The position numbers and the translations under genes are program-made. From Nitrososphaeraceae archaeon (lineage in GTDB: Archaea; Thermoproteota; Nitrososphaeria; Nitrososphaerales; Nitrososphaeraceae): a DNA stretch of 58,994 bases. Shown in pieces: positions 1 through 10,377 of this stretch; within the stretch, counting starts at the first letter, position 1, and every line of letters begins with the position of its first letter. The stretch is from NCBI GenBank assembly GCA_049591355.1, contig JBAWET010000048.1, forward strand, positions 1-58,994, in the 5' to 3' direction. The notes beneath the pieces were generated by a model. The model had not been told where the DNA came from and searched no databases. It worked only from the letters and a program-made list of their open reading frames with translations.

Positions 1-294
1 AGGAATGGCCATCGTTCCCATTTAAAGTATACGTTCAACTGATCCTAGATCTCGAGACATGATCCAAACCAAGGCGCAAACGATTTCTACTCACAATTCC
101 AGGGGTACAAGTTGTACTTGTATATTAGGTATAAATAAAGATGTATAATTATGGCGGCAGACCTCGCAAAAGAGCAGAAAATCTTTATAACTGTACATGA
201 CGCTATATTTGTGAGTAAAGGTTAAAGCATTGTGCGCCGTGATTGATTTAGTAGATATAGCAACATTTAATTAGATATCCAACTGCTTTTTGAT

Positions 295-786
295 TTGTTC
301 TTGGTTTTAAAGCGTTCTTCGACAAAGTTATCGAAAAAGTCGCCTTCTACCAGCGAAAAGTCACCCAAGAAGCAACCGAAACTGGTGGAAAAAACCAAAA
401 AAAATCTAAAACAAAAGGCAAAGCCGACAGAAAAGAAGAATCTTCAACAGGATGAAACTATTCAACTTAACAAAAGTACGAGACCTGTAGACGAAGTAGT
501 TGTATATCCAGAAATAGACTTCCAAATACGAGAATTAGTGGCAGATGGTAATCAAGTATTAATAGGTCCGCCCAGATTGACACGATTTGAAAGGGCTAGA
601 ATAACTGGTGCAAGGTCATTACAACTCTCACTAGGTGCACCATCTTTAATTGCTTGGACAAATGAAATTAGAGACACAATCTCTCTTGCAACAGCAGAGT
701 TGGATGCCAGGATATTACCTATATCAATCCGACGCGTTTTGCCCAATGGGTTGTACCAAGATATTCCCATTGACTGGATGAAATAA
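295..786 (+). CDS. rpoK: DNA-directed RNA polymerase subunit Rpo6/K with Lys-rich N-terminal extension
   Basis: LTRFERARITGARSLQLSLGAP...ISIRRVLPNG is the Rpo6/RPB6 signature; start uncertain. Confidence 0.92.
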   Translation: MFLVLKRSSTKLSKKSPSTSEKSPKKQPKLVEKTKKNLKQKAKPTEKKNLQQDETIQLNKSTRPVDEVVVYPEIDFQIRELVADGNQVLIGPPRLTRFERARITGARSLQLSLGAPSLIAWTNEIRDTISLATAELDARILPISIRRVLPNGLYQDIPIDWMK

Positions 787-1086
787 CGCGAATAGTTTTC
801 TTACAACATGAATGGCCGTTTATCCAGCAACCTTGTCTGGGGGCTGGACTAGAATTTTTTGCCCATCCGATGAGCATACTTCAGTGTCAATGTAAGTTAC
901 GAGGCTCGAGAAAAGTTAAGTTCGAGTGAAATATTCATGCAGGAGGGTGTACACGTGGAACATCTCATCAATTAACATGATTGTTTGGTACGTAGCAAGA
1001 CTTAAATTTCGAACTTTTTCAATTTTGAGAGGGTCAAAATTCCGACTATCCAGGCGACTCATGTAGGGTACAAATCTCAACTCCTG

Positions 1087-2280
1087 TTGGAAGATGGTAC
1101 CACTTACGAAGGCGTGGGTTTTGGTTTTCCAAAAATTGTAGGAGGGGAAGTAGTTTTTAATACGGGCATGGTTGGATATACAGAAACTTTAACTGACCCA
1201 TCATACAAAGGTCAGATTTTGTGTATGACTTATCCACTGATAGGCAACTATGGTGTTCCGAGTTGGGATGATTTGGATGCGTTTGGTCTTCCAAGGTACT
1301 TTGAGTCAGAGAAGATCCAAGTGAATGGCCTTATAGTTAATGAACTTTCAACTGTTGCCAGTCACTGGGATTGTGAACGTACTTTGGATCAATGGCTATA
1401 CGATGAAAAGATATCTGGAATCAGCGGAATTGACACACGTGATCTAACAAAACGGTTGAGAGTTGATGGAGTGATGAGGGGAGCATTATGTGTATCTCCT
1501 GACAAAATCGACAATAACGAATTAGCAAGAGCTATGCGTGAAACTAAATATGATGGTTTTAATTTCATTCCTGAAGTTTCGGTCTCGGAGACTAAGGAAT
1601 ACGGAAGCCATTCTTTACCACCTGTAGTATTGATCGACACTGGAGTAAAGTATAGCATAATCCGTAACATTATCAGAATAGGATTCAGAGTTATCTGTGT
1701 TCCTTGGGATGCTCCCACCAATGATATCTTGTCATATAGTCCCGTGGGGGTAGTTATTAGCAACGGTCCTGGAGATCCCAAAATGTGTAAGTCAACAATA
1801 AAGACGGCCAATGACTTGATTAATTTATCGGTACCAACATTAGGAATATGCCTTGGGAACCAGATAATTGCATTGGCTGGAGGAGGAAATACACAAAAAT
1901 TAAAATTTGGGCACAGAGGTCAAAACAAGGCATGTACCGAAGTTGGAACTAACAGAACTTTCATTACAAGTCAGAATCATGGATATGGTATTGAACCCGA
2001 AAGCCTTCGCGGAACTGAATTTGACATTTGGTACTTCAATACTGATGATAGGACTATTGAAGGGGTTACACATAGATCAAAGCCAATATTAGCAGTACAA
2101 TTTCATCCTGAAGCTTCTCCCGGTCCTTATGACTGCATGTTTGTCTTTGAAAAGTTTAAGGAGATGGTATTGAATGATAATATTGGTTACCAGAGGCAAA
2201 CATCTGAAAATATGACAACATCTTCGAGGAGAGGAAATAAGGAAAAGACAGGAGGCAGGAAGGGAGTTTCCGAGAAATGA
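1087..2280 (+). CDS. carA: Carbamoyl-phosphate synthase small subunit
   Basis: LEDG, GEVVFNTGMVGY, ISNGPGDP, GICLG, SQNHGY and QFHPEASPGP motifs; true start probably upstream of 1087 because in-frame YKSQLL precedes LEDG. Confidence 0.96.
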   Translation: MEDGTTYEGVGFGFPKIVGGEVVFNTGMVGYTETLTDPSYKGQILCMTYPLIGNYGVPSWDDLDAFGLPRYFESEKIQVNGLIVNELSTVASHWDCERTLDQWLYDEKISGISGIDTRDLTKRLRVDGVMRGALCVSPDKIDNNELARAMRETKYDGFNFIPEVSVSETKEYGSHSLPPVVLIDTGVKYSIIRNIIRIGFRVICVPWDAPTNDILSYSPVGVVISNGPGDPKMCKSTIKTANDLINLSVPTLGICLGNQIIALAGGGNTQKLKFGHRGQNKACTEVGTNRTFITSQNHGYGIEPESLRGTEFDIWYFNTDDRTIEGVTHRSKPILAVQFHPEASPGPYDCMFVFEKFKEMVLNDNIGYQRQTSENMTTSSRRGNKEKTGGRKGVSEK

Positions 2281-5200
2281 ATCGATAAAGAAAACGGTAG
2301 TGCTTGGTAGCGGTGCAATAAAGATCGGGGAAGCCGGCGAAAGCCAGAATCAGTATTAATGATTCTGGCCGCTAGTTTGATTACTCCGGGTCTCAGTGCC
2401 TCAAGGCATTATCTGAAGAAGGTATCAATAGCGTACTAATAAATCCCAATATTGCCACAATTCAAACTGACACCAGATTTGCCGATAAGGTGTTTTTGTT
2501 ACCTGTAACTAGAAGCTATGTTGAAAAAATAATAGAACAGGAGAGGCCTGACTCAATAATGCTAAGCTTTGGTGGTCAAACTGCTCTAAATTGTGGTGTA
2601 ACACTATTTGATGAAGGCGTGTTGAATAAATATGGTATAAAGGTTTTAGGCACTTCAATTACAGGAATAAAGATCACAGAAGATAGACAGGAATTTAAAA
2701 ATGCGATGATCGCTAGTAGGGTACCAGTTTTAGATAGTGCACCAGCACATAATATGGAAGAAGCAATTGTAATTGCCAATAAGATAGGATATCCTGTCAT
2801 CATAAGAGTCGCATACACACTGGGAGGCAAAGGTGGAGGAGTTGCGCACAACGAATACGAGCTGCAGGAAATAGTCCAAAGAGGATTACCACAGAGCATA
2901 GTGCATCAGGTCCTAGTAGAAAGATATGTTGGGAGTTGGAAACAGATTGAATATGAGATGATGCGAGACTCTACAGGAAATGCCATTACAGTTTGCAACA
3001 TGGAGAACGTTCTTGCTATGCGCGTTCACACTGGCGACAATATTGTGGTTGCACCTTCTCAAACACTCAATAACGAAGAATATCACAAACTCCGCTCTGC
3101 AGCGATTAGGGCTGTCCAACATTGCAATATACTGGGGGAGTGTAATGTCCAGTTTGGGTTAGATCCCACTTCTGAAGACTATTGTGCGATTGAGATAAAC
3201 GCCAGACTTTCTAGATCCTCCGCATTGGCCAGCAAGGCAACTGGTTATCCCTTAGCCTATATGGCTGCAAAGATATGCCTTGGATATTCTCTTACCGAGC
3301 TTGTGAATAGCATAACCAAAACTACCACTGCGTGTTTTGAGCCATCTTTAGATTATGTTGTTTTAAAAATGCCAAGATGGGACTTTAGAAAGTTTGAACT
3401 TGTGAATAGGAAACTAGGAACCAGCATGAAGTCGGTAGGTGAAGTCATGGCAATTGGTAGATCCTTTGAAGAGGCTGTACAAAAAGCAATCCGTATGACC
3501 GATACGGGAAAACACGGCTTGGTTTGTAACGACGATTCAGAGATAGAAGAAAATTTGGAAATGGTAGAGGAGGGATTGTTACATCCTGACGACGAAGTAT
3601 TACATACAGTTGTAAAGGCAATTAAGTTGGGAACTTCAATAAACACAATATATAAGCTTTCGGCAATAGATCCTTGGTTTTTAACAAGAATAAAAAATGC
3701 CATAGAATTAGAGAAAAAATTGCGGGATTCTGATTTAAATGAGAATCTCCTAAAAGACGCTAAACGGTATGGATTTTCCGATCATCAGATTGGAAAATGT
3801 GTTAGTTTGAATGAAATGAGTGTCAGGAAGCTTCGCCAAAAATTCGGAATAATGCCCGTTGTGAAGCAGGTTGACACCCTAGCTGCTGAATGGCCAGCAA
3901 AGACAAATTATCTTTATCTAACCTATGGAGGAGAAAAAAACGACATAGTATATGATAAAAATAACAAAGGAGTAATAGTATTGGGTGCCGGACCATACAG
4001 AATTGGAAGTAGCGTTGAATTTGATTGGAGTACTGTTAATATGGTATGGAGCCTAAAGGAAAATGGGATCGAGTCTGTATCAGTAATAAATTGCAATCCA
4101 GAAACCGTTTCGACTGATTATGATATCTCCGATAGATTATATTTTGAAGAGTTAACTCTTGAGAGAGTTCTAGATATCTTTGAAAAGGAACAGTCATCGG
4201 GCATTGTGACTTGTGTTGGAGGACAGGTAGCTAATAACTTAGTACCAAAGTTGGGTAAACTTGGGATTCCAATTTTAGGTACTGCTAGCACGAACATAGA
4301 CATGGCAGAAGACAGGGAAAAGTTTGGAAAATTACTTGATTCCTTAAATATTAAGCAGCCGCCATGGAAAAAATTTACGAACATGGATGAGGCAATGGCA
4401 TTTTGCCATAAGACAGGCTATCCAATATTGGTTAGACCTTCATACGTATTGAGTGGGGCAGCCATGAGAGTAGTCTGGGGAGAGGAACAACTCGAACGAT
4501 TTTTGAACGAGGCAATTCACCTAAGCCCTGAATATCCAATAGTAATTACCAAGTTCTTACAAGAGGCGTCAGAAGTTGAAGTAGATGCAGTGTCTAATGG
4601 AGAGGAAGTTATTATTGGCTCGTTGGTAGAACATATCGATAACGCAGGTATTCATTCTGGTGATGCAATGATGTGCATTCCACCATGGCGTTTGACCAGA
4701 AAGACAATGAATACTATTGTAGAATATACCAAAATGATAGCACTTTCATTAAATGTTAAGGGGCCGTTAAATATACAATATCTTGTAAAGGATGATCAGG
4801 TATATGTAATTGAAGCCAACATACGAGCATCCCGCTCAATGCCTTTTGTATCCAAAATCGTAGGGATCAATATTATAGCACTTGCTGCCAAAGCCATTCT
4901 TGGGAAACCTTTGCCAAAAGAGGCAGGCAATTTATGGTTGCGAGTCCCTGGTTTTGGAATTAAGGTTCCTCAGTTCTCATTCATGCAGTTAGAAGGCGCT
5001 GACGTTGTCCTTGGAGTAGAAATGCAATCTACTGGAGAGGTCGCTTGCTTTGGGGAAAGTTTTTACGATGCGTTATCTAAGGCCTATGAAGCTGCAGGTT
5101 ATTCACTCCCTCTCTCGGGTTCCGCGTTAATTACGGTAGGTGGTCAACGATATAAAGAAAAGTTATTACCACTCATCTCCCTCGTAAATTCCATGGGATT

Positions 5201-5543
5201 CAAAATCCTTGCAACAGAACATACGGCCGAATTTATAAAAAATAATACAAAAGCAAATGTTGAAGAAGTTTATAAAATAAGTGAGCCTTCAAGAAAACCT
5301 AATATTGCAGATCTCCTCTATAACCGTGAAATCGATTTTATCATAAACATTCCATCTACATCAACTATTGAAAAATATGTTGGGATGTTATACGATGAAT
5401 ACCAAATTAGGAGAAAAGCCGTGGAAATGGGCATCCCGGTCCTAACAACAGTTGAAGCAGCTACATCATTCGTTGAGAGCCTAAGATGGCGAATAAAGTT
5501 TAAGCCAACAATCAATTCTCTTTCTGGCTACGTTGAGTTTTAA
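2267..5543 (+). CDS. carB: Carbamoyl-phosphate synthase large subunit, split into exon 1 (~2267-2341) and exon 2 (2376-5543)
   Basis: Exon 1 reads FPRNESIKKTVVLGSGAIKIGEAGE; exon 2 reads FDYSGSQCLKALSEEGINSVLINPNIATIQTD and runs in frame into ORF 2490-5543 (two ATP-grasp halves plus MGS domain); joined length ~1080 aa; start codon unclear. Confidence 0.95.
2342..2375 (+). other. Putative 34-nt archaeal BHB/BHL-type mRNA intron in carB
   Basis: 4-bp helix GGCG(2336-39)/CGCT(2370-73); 3-nt bulge AAA(2340-42); perfect 10-bp stem GCCAGAATCA/TGATTCTGGC with 7-nt loop; AGT(2374-76) then relaxed outer stem; removal restores the frame and the GEFDY motif. Confidence 0.85.
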
Positions 5544-5557
5544 GAAAGTTTGTTATT

Positions 5558-6331
5558 TCAGAAGAGGGTCTCCAGAAGCTCTTCGTTTCCAAGAATAGCA
5601 CCATCCATGGATAGTATCAGACACTTTTCTACAGCCTTCTTTTTGAGTATACGATCTACTAATGGCGAGATTTGGCCTCGTCTACTAACTTTTGACTGAT
5701 TGACAATAAATCTATTGTAAGATGGCATTATTATAACATCAATCGATCCTTTCTTACTAGGAAATATAACATCAGTTCTAATCCTAAGAAACACCCACAC
5801 CTTTTGACCATTCATAACACTATCAGATTTGAAGAATACTGGATGAACATGTCCAAGAATAACCTTTTTCACGTTTGAAGTCAGTGATGAAGGCATTGTA
5901 TGACCGTGAATAAGCAGGGTATCATCGATTGTCATTCCTGTAACCCCTATCGTACTAATTGAGTCAGGCATGAGTAACCTGATCTTACTGTCATGATTAC
6001 CAGGAACAAAATAGACTTTACATATCTGTGAGAGGGACTGCAAAAATTTAGGAACTACTTTCCAATCCCCCTTATTGATTCCTGATACATTATTTTTTAT
6101 ATCACCTAACAGAACAATTGAATTTGCTTTACAAGATGTTACAATTTTTTCAAGTTCCTTTTCGGTCTCTTCCGCAATCTGATACCAATCTATAGATACG
6201 TTCTCTGATTGAAACCAATGAGCAAAACCGATGTGCAAGTCTGAAACTACTAGTATGGATTGATTCTGGCCTTCCAGCTTTGTATGCATTAAAAGTGCGG
6301 GACGTCTCGGTACTATGCTAAGCTCAGCCAT
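5558..6331 (-). CDS. Calcineurin-like metallophosphoesterase
   Basis: SDLHIG, LLGD, PGNHD, IHGH and GHVHP motifs. Confidence 0.9.
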   Translation of the reverse strand: MAELSIVPRRPALLMHTKLEGQNQSILVVSDLHIGFAHWFQSENVSIDWYQIAEETEKELEKIVTSCKANSIVLLGDIKNNVSGINKGDWKVVPKFLQSLSQICKVYFVPGNHDSKIRLLMPDSISTIGVTGMTIDDTLLIHGHTMPSSLTSNVKKVILGHVHPVFFKSDSVMNGQKVWVFLRIRTDVIFPSKKGSIDVIIMPSYNRFIVNQSKVSRRGQISPLVDRILKKKAVEKCLILSMDGAILGNEELLETLF

Positions 6332-6583
6332 TTTTCATCCCCTAGGAGAAATACAAAAATATCTTTGCTCCAACAGGTATTTCAAACTCTCCTCTACGAT
6401 CTCTGAATTCAATCTCAGGGTTTTAAATTTTGTCCCTAAGAACGCTCTATTCACTGTATCCAATTTCGAAAAAAATTACACCGTGATCCTTATAGCATCG
6501 ATTTCTACTATAGTCATGATAAGATCCTGACCATGAAATTTCGACCTGAAGTGGAGTACTTTTTATCATAGGGTTGCGGTATA

Positions 6584-7117
6584 ATGAAATTTAACTTGAT
6601 ACTGTCTTCTTCTCGGAACAGAGAAGGTGACGCAGTTGACGAATTCATAAAATTAATTGAGGAGAATCTAGAAGAAAGTCCAATAGTTGAAATAAGTGAC
6701 ATTCAAGGAATAATACTTGCATTTACTGAAACTGATCCATTTGAGGTCATTGATCTGTTCAACAAAATGGTCACTGAAGAACCATGGCAATTCAGGTATA
6801 TTCTTAGAGTTATTCCAATACAAATCGTTTGTTCTACTAATCTGACTGAAATTATAGATGGTTCTTGTAAGTTATTTAAGAAGGTGTCTGATGTATCATC
6901 ATTCAAAATTGTGGTTGAAAAGCGATACTGTAGCATCAGATCTCGAGAAATAGTTTTAGCCATCGCAAGCAGAATAACAAACAAAGTGGATTTGTATTAT
7001 CCTGATTGGATTATACTTGTAGAGATTTTAGGGAAAAGGACAGGAATATCAGTTTTGAGATCTGAACATCTATTGAGCATCGTAAAGCAAAAGATAGGTG
7101 GACACAGAAGTAAATGA
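6584..7117 (+). CDS. THUMP-domain RNA-binding protein
   Basis: PWQFRYILRVIPI, SFKIVVEKR and KVDL..PDWIILVEILG resemble archaeal THUMP proteins. Confidence 0.85.
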   Translation: MKFNLILSSSRNREGDAVDEFIKLIEENLEESPIVEISDIQGIILAFTETDPFEVIDLFNKMVTEEPWQFRYILRVIPIQIVCSTNLTEIIDGSCKLFKKVSDVSSFKIVVEKRYCSIRSREIVLAIASRITNKVDLYYPDWIILVEILGKRTGISVLRSEHLLSIVKQKIGGHRSK

Positions 7118-7408
7118 CATCCAATGGAGATTTATTTAAGTTGTATTGTTAGTAGGGTTATCATTCAAACCAAAGTGCTTAGTTCCCAATCTGCATGCCA
7201 AAAGTTTTTTGATTTTGACATTTAAGTATTGCTTGTCTTTTAATAATTCCAGCACATTGAAATCAGCCGGCTCAATACACGATTGGTTAGAATATAATTG
7301 AATTGAATCGAGATGTCGCACTAATCTTTTGAAAATTGCTAAAATCAGCACGGGAGTGCTCAGTCCCGATTAAATATAAATGGTTGAATTTTATAGTGAT
7401 CATTTTGA

Positions 7409-7987
7409 TTAAAACTTTACCAGAGCTGCTTTTTCTACGAGGTAATTTTCAAAAAATATCCTGTCCATTTTTTTATGGGTAATCCCAAATTCACTACGTA
7501 ATCTTGCCATTTTGTTCTTTCCTATTCCTAGGACTGAAACATGTATCTCGTTATAGTAACCTTCAATGTATTTTTTTATCTTCAGGACAGAATCCAAATT
7601 TTCTGACATCAAAATGAAGCATGCTGCGCTATCGTTTTTTAATCCTCCAACTTTTATAGCCTTTGAAATTTGACTAGTACAACACAATCTCATTAGGATA
7701 TCCGTTTCCATTATTTTTGATAACTTTATTCCTCGCTTCCACGATTCAACCGTCAATTGTAGTACCCTTAACAGATGATTTACTCCAAATACATAACTGG
7801 CATCTATGCCTTGAACTAAAACATCTGGAGAAAACGCTCTGTATTTGGTAATTAATTCGTGTAAATTTTCACTTCCAAGATGCGTTATTTCGATAATTGC
7901 AACATAAAAAGTGCCTATTCGATACAAAGATTGGTCTTCCGCAGGGATATTATTTTCTAACAACGTAGGTCCTTTCTTATTATTCAA
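7409..7987 (-). CDS. cgi121: KEOPS complex subunit Cgi121
   Basis: VQGIDASYVFGVNHL...ETDILMRLCCTSQISKAIKVGG...LVEKAAL. Confidence 0.8.
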   Translation of the reverse strand: MNNKKGPTLLENNIPAEDQSLYRIGTFYVAIIEITHLGSENLHELITKYRAFSPDVLVQGIDASYVFGVNHLLRVLQLTVESWKRGIKLSKIMETDILMRLCCTSQISKAIKVGGLKNDSAACFILMSENLDSVLKIKKYIEGYYNEIHVSVLGIGKNKMARLRSEFGITHKKMDRIFFENYLVEKAALVKF

Positions 7988-8021
7988 TTAATATCTTTTA
8001 CACACAAATTTACTCATTTCA

Positions 8022-8276
8022 CTATCCACCATGAACTAAATTAGCAATAGTGACGGTATCACCTGATTTTATTACTGATTCTCCCTTTGGAAACAAAGAC
8101 GATTCGATTCCATTGATAGCTATCAAAAAATTCTTTTCGTCAATAAGATCTGGCTCAATTGCATGGTTGCGTAAATAGGACATTATGTATGAAATCGATG
8201 CGTTAGGCTCATCAACATAAAGTGTATTTGTATTCACAGTTTTCTGGACTGGACCGAGAAGTTTCACTATTATCAA
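8022..8276 (-). CDS. MoaD/ThiS/Urm1-like ubiquitin-fold protein
   Basis: 84 aa, LIAINGIE, GDTVTI, C-terminal VHGG. Confidence 0.9.
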   Translation of the reverse strand: MIIVKLLGPVQKTVNTNTLYVDEPNASISYIMSYLRNHAIEPDLIDEKNFLIAINGIESSLFPKGESVIKSGDTVTIANLVHGG

Positions 8277-8291
8277 TGTATTTTCAAATTG

Positions 8292-8549
8292 TCATTCTGC
8301 TTCAGGTGATAAGGATTTTGGCGACTCTTCTTGTGAATTCAAATTCTCCTCATTGGATTTGGATTGCTTATTAAGATGTGAGGCGATATATCCTGCAACC
8401 TGATTTCTTAATTCTTTAGATCTTACTATCGCAAGCTCCACAATAGTCTTCTTATTCTGTTCAAAATTGGTTCCAAACCTATCAGGATATTTATTCATAA
8501 GGTCTGTAGCAATCCTTCTCACGCGATGCATAGACATTAACGAGAACAC
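8292..8549 (-). CDS. rps17e: 30S ribosomal protein S17e
   Basis: YPDRFGTNFEQNKK...SKELRNQVAGYI; start probably a later Met. Confidence 0.93.
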   Translation of the reverse strand: MFSLMSMHRVRRIATDLMNKYPDRFGTNFEQNKKTIVELAIVRSKELRNQVAGYIASHLNKQSKSNEENLNSQEESPKSLSPEAE

Positions 8550-8624
8550 AAGCTTATTTTATACTTATTCATTCAGGAAAGTTCCAACGCGAATTCTAAT
8601 TTTCGAGGTAATAAATATATCCTA

Positions 8625-9398
8625 TCATCCATTGAAGAACATTTGAGAATTAGTTGATACTAAGCACATCGCTTCTTCAAAAGTCATTTTAAGTTCATGG
8701 GACATAATATTTAGTATAGTGATGAGCATATTTGTTGGTAGTGATGTAACATTTTTGAAGCAGCCAGAATATCTTACAGGCCCATCTGTTTCGATCAAAA
8801 TCTTATTTCTATCAGCTAAACCAAGAAGTTTTTTCTTGTTTCGAGAGTAAGCAATAAGCGGACCGTATGAGACAAATAGACCCATATCCATTGATCTTTG
8901 TAACTGCTTTTCTGTCCCATCAAACCAGTGGAGACATACAACGAGGTGATCGTACGACGGAATGAGATCAAGAATTTCATCCAATGTTCCTCTGGAGTGT
9001 ATAGAAACAGGTCTTTCAATTTCCGCGGCTATGTTCAACATTTTCTTAAAAATATCCAGTTGTTTTGAGTAAATGTAGTTTTCAGATGTGTCATACGAGT
9101 GATCAAGTCCAATTTCTCCAATTCCATCGATCAAGTTTCGATTTTGCGCGACGAGGTCTTCAAATTCAGAAAACTCTTCGATTTGGGCAAATTCAGGGTG
9201 AATCCCTACAAAATTATATACTACATCTCGATTTGCATCCCTAAACAAGTCTATGGCCCTCCTTGATGTTGATATGTTCATGGTCACTGAACATGCTTTG
9301 ATACGCAATTCCCTCATTGATGTAAGAATTTGTGTTAAAAAATTCGCATAATATTCATCCACCAGGTGTATATGCGAATCATAGAACAAAGGATCCAA
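8625..9398 (-). CDS. tatD: TatD family nuclease
   Basis: DSHIHL, VGIHP, GIGEIGLD, SIHSR, LHWF and ETDGP motifs. Confidence 0.92.
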   Translation of the reverse strand: MDPLFYDSHIHLVDEYYANFLTQILTSMRELRIKACSVTMNISTSRRAIDLFRDANRDVVYNFVGIHPEFAQIEEFSEFEDLVAQNRNLIDGIGEIGLDHSYDTSENYIYSKQLDIFKKMLNIAAEIERPVSIHSRGTLDEILDLIPSYDHLVVCLHWFDGTEKQLQRSMDMGLFVSYGPLIAYSRNKKKLLGLADRNKILIETDGPVRYSGCFKNVTSLPTNMLITILNIMSHELKMTFEEAMCLVSTNSQMFFNG

Positions 9399-9433
9399 AA
9401 ATCATAATTCCTACTTCAGATATCCTAATAATT

Positions 9434-9682
9434 CTATACCAAATCTTCTCTCGACATCGACACTATTTCTATCCTCCTCTTATCCTTAGACACCCAATTC
9501 ACTCGTATTAACCCGAATATCTCCAAATCGAGTAAAATTTTGTTTACGTCGGACTCTGTAATTTGTATCCCCTCCTTCTCCAAGTTGTTCATCAGATCAG
9601 AATCTGTAAGAGTGTTAGTCTCCCTAATTTTCTCTAAAATAAGGTTTCGTAAAGGATACTTCAATTTCAAATCACCTATCAC
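9434..9682 (-). CDS. Small winged-helix protein, hypothetical
   Basis: 82 aa; DVNKILLDLEIFGLIRV wHTH-like pattern; co-oriented with tatD and rps17e. Confidence 0.65.
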   Translation of the reverse strand: MIGDLKLKYPLRNLILEKIRETNTLTDSDLMNNLEKEGIQITESDVNKILLDLEIFGLIRVNWVSKDKRRIEIVSMSREDLV

Positions 9683-9927
9683 AAGTTCCTAACCTATTTA
9701 CATTGTCGCCTCATTTAAAATCATATGTGTTCAATAAATACCAAACTCAACACCCTCTAGAGATTTCTCAACCCTTGTAAATCTGAGAAATCTTAACTTC
9801 TGAATCTAGGCTAGGAGGCGCTTTTTATGTCATGAAGTGAAAATATCTAATATTTTGGCAAAAATGTCGATATATTGAAAAACAGATCAAGGTTAATATT
9901 TCAAACACCACAAATGGGTTACCTAGC

Positions 9928-10149
9928 ATGAAAGGATTTGAAAAACGGCTTCCCCGAAGTGCTCGCAGAACCAGAAAACCACTACAAACCGATTGGATAA
10001 AGTTTTCAAGGAAGCCTACATGGGTGAAATGCACTTATGAAAAATGTCTTCATGAATGGATCTACAAGGGCGCTGGAAATTGGGCGGAATGTCCCAAATG
10101 TCATAATTGTATGAAAGTTTCAGCTGGAAAAAGGCATTATGGTAAGTAG
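9928..10149 (+). CDS. Small zinc-ribbon protein
   Basis: CTYEKC..W.Y.G....ECPKC pattern. Confidence 0.55.
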   Translation: MKGFEKRLPRSARRTRKPLQTDWIKFSRKPTWVKCTYEKCLHEWIYKGAGNWAECPKCHNCMKVSAGKRHYGK

Positions 10150-10377
10150 TCTCTATTCAGAAGCAAGATAAATCTCATCTGTAAAGTTTGATAATAGTCA
10201 AACGAGTTTTACCGATGTTGTAGCCGAATTTTTCGAGTTATTTTCTCTGGACAAATTGAGATGTTATATCTGCAAATCGTTCCCAATGGCTTAAAAACTG
10301 TCGAAAAAACGCAATCTCCTTGCGATGACAAAATTGACAATAAGATTTTTTAATAATTTCAGGAAATAACTATTGAA

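Noticed and set aside
2342..2375. carB insert as a MITE footprint, terminator or simple pseudogenising insertion
   Set aside because: No target-site duplication or U-tract, the rest of carB is intact, and the boundaries coincide with EndA cleavage geometry; not formally excluded without RNA data
2490..2492. GTG at 2490 as the carB start, as given in the ORF track
   Set aside because: About 60 conserved N-terminal CarB residues are encoded upstream
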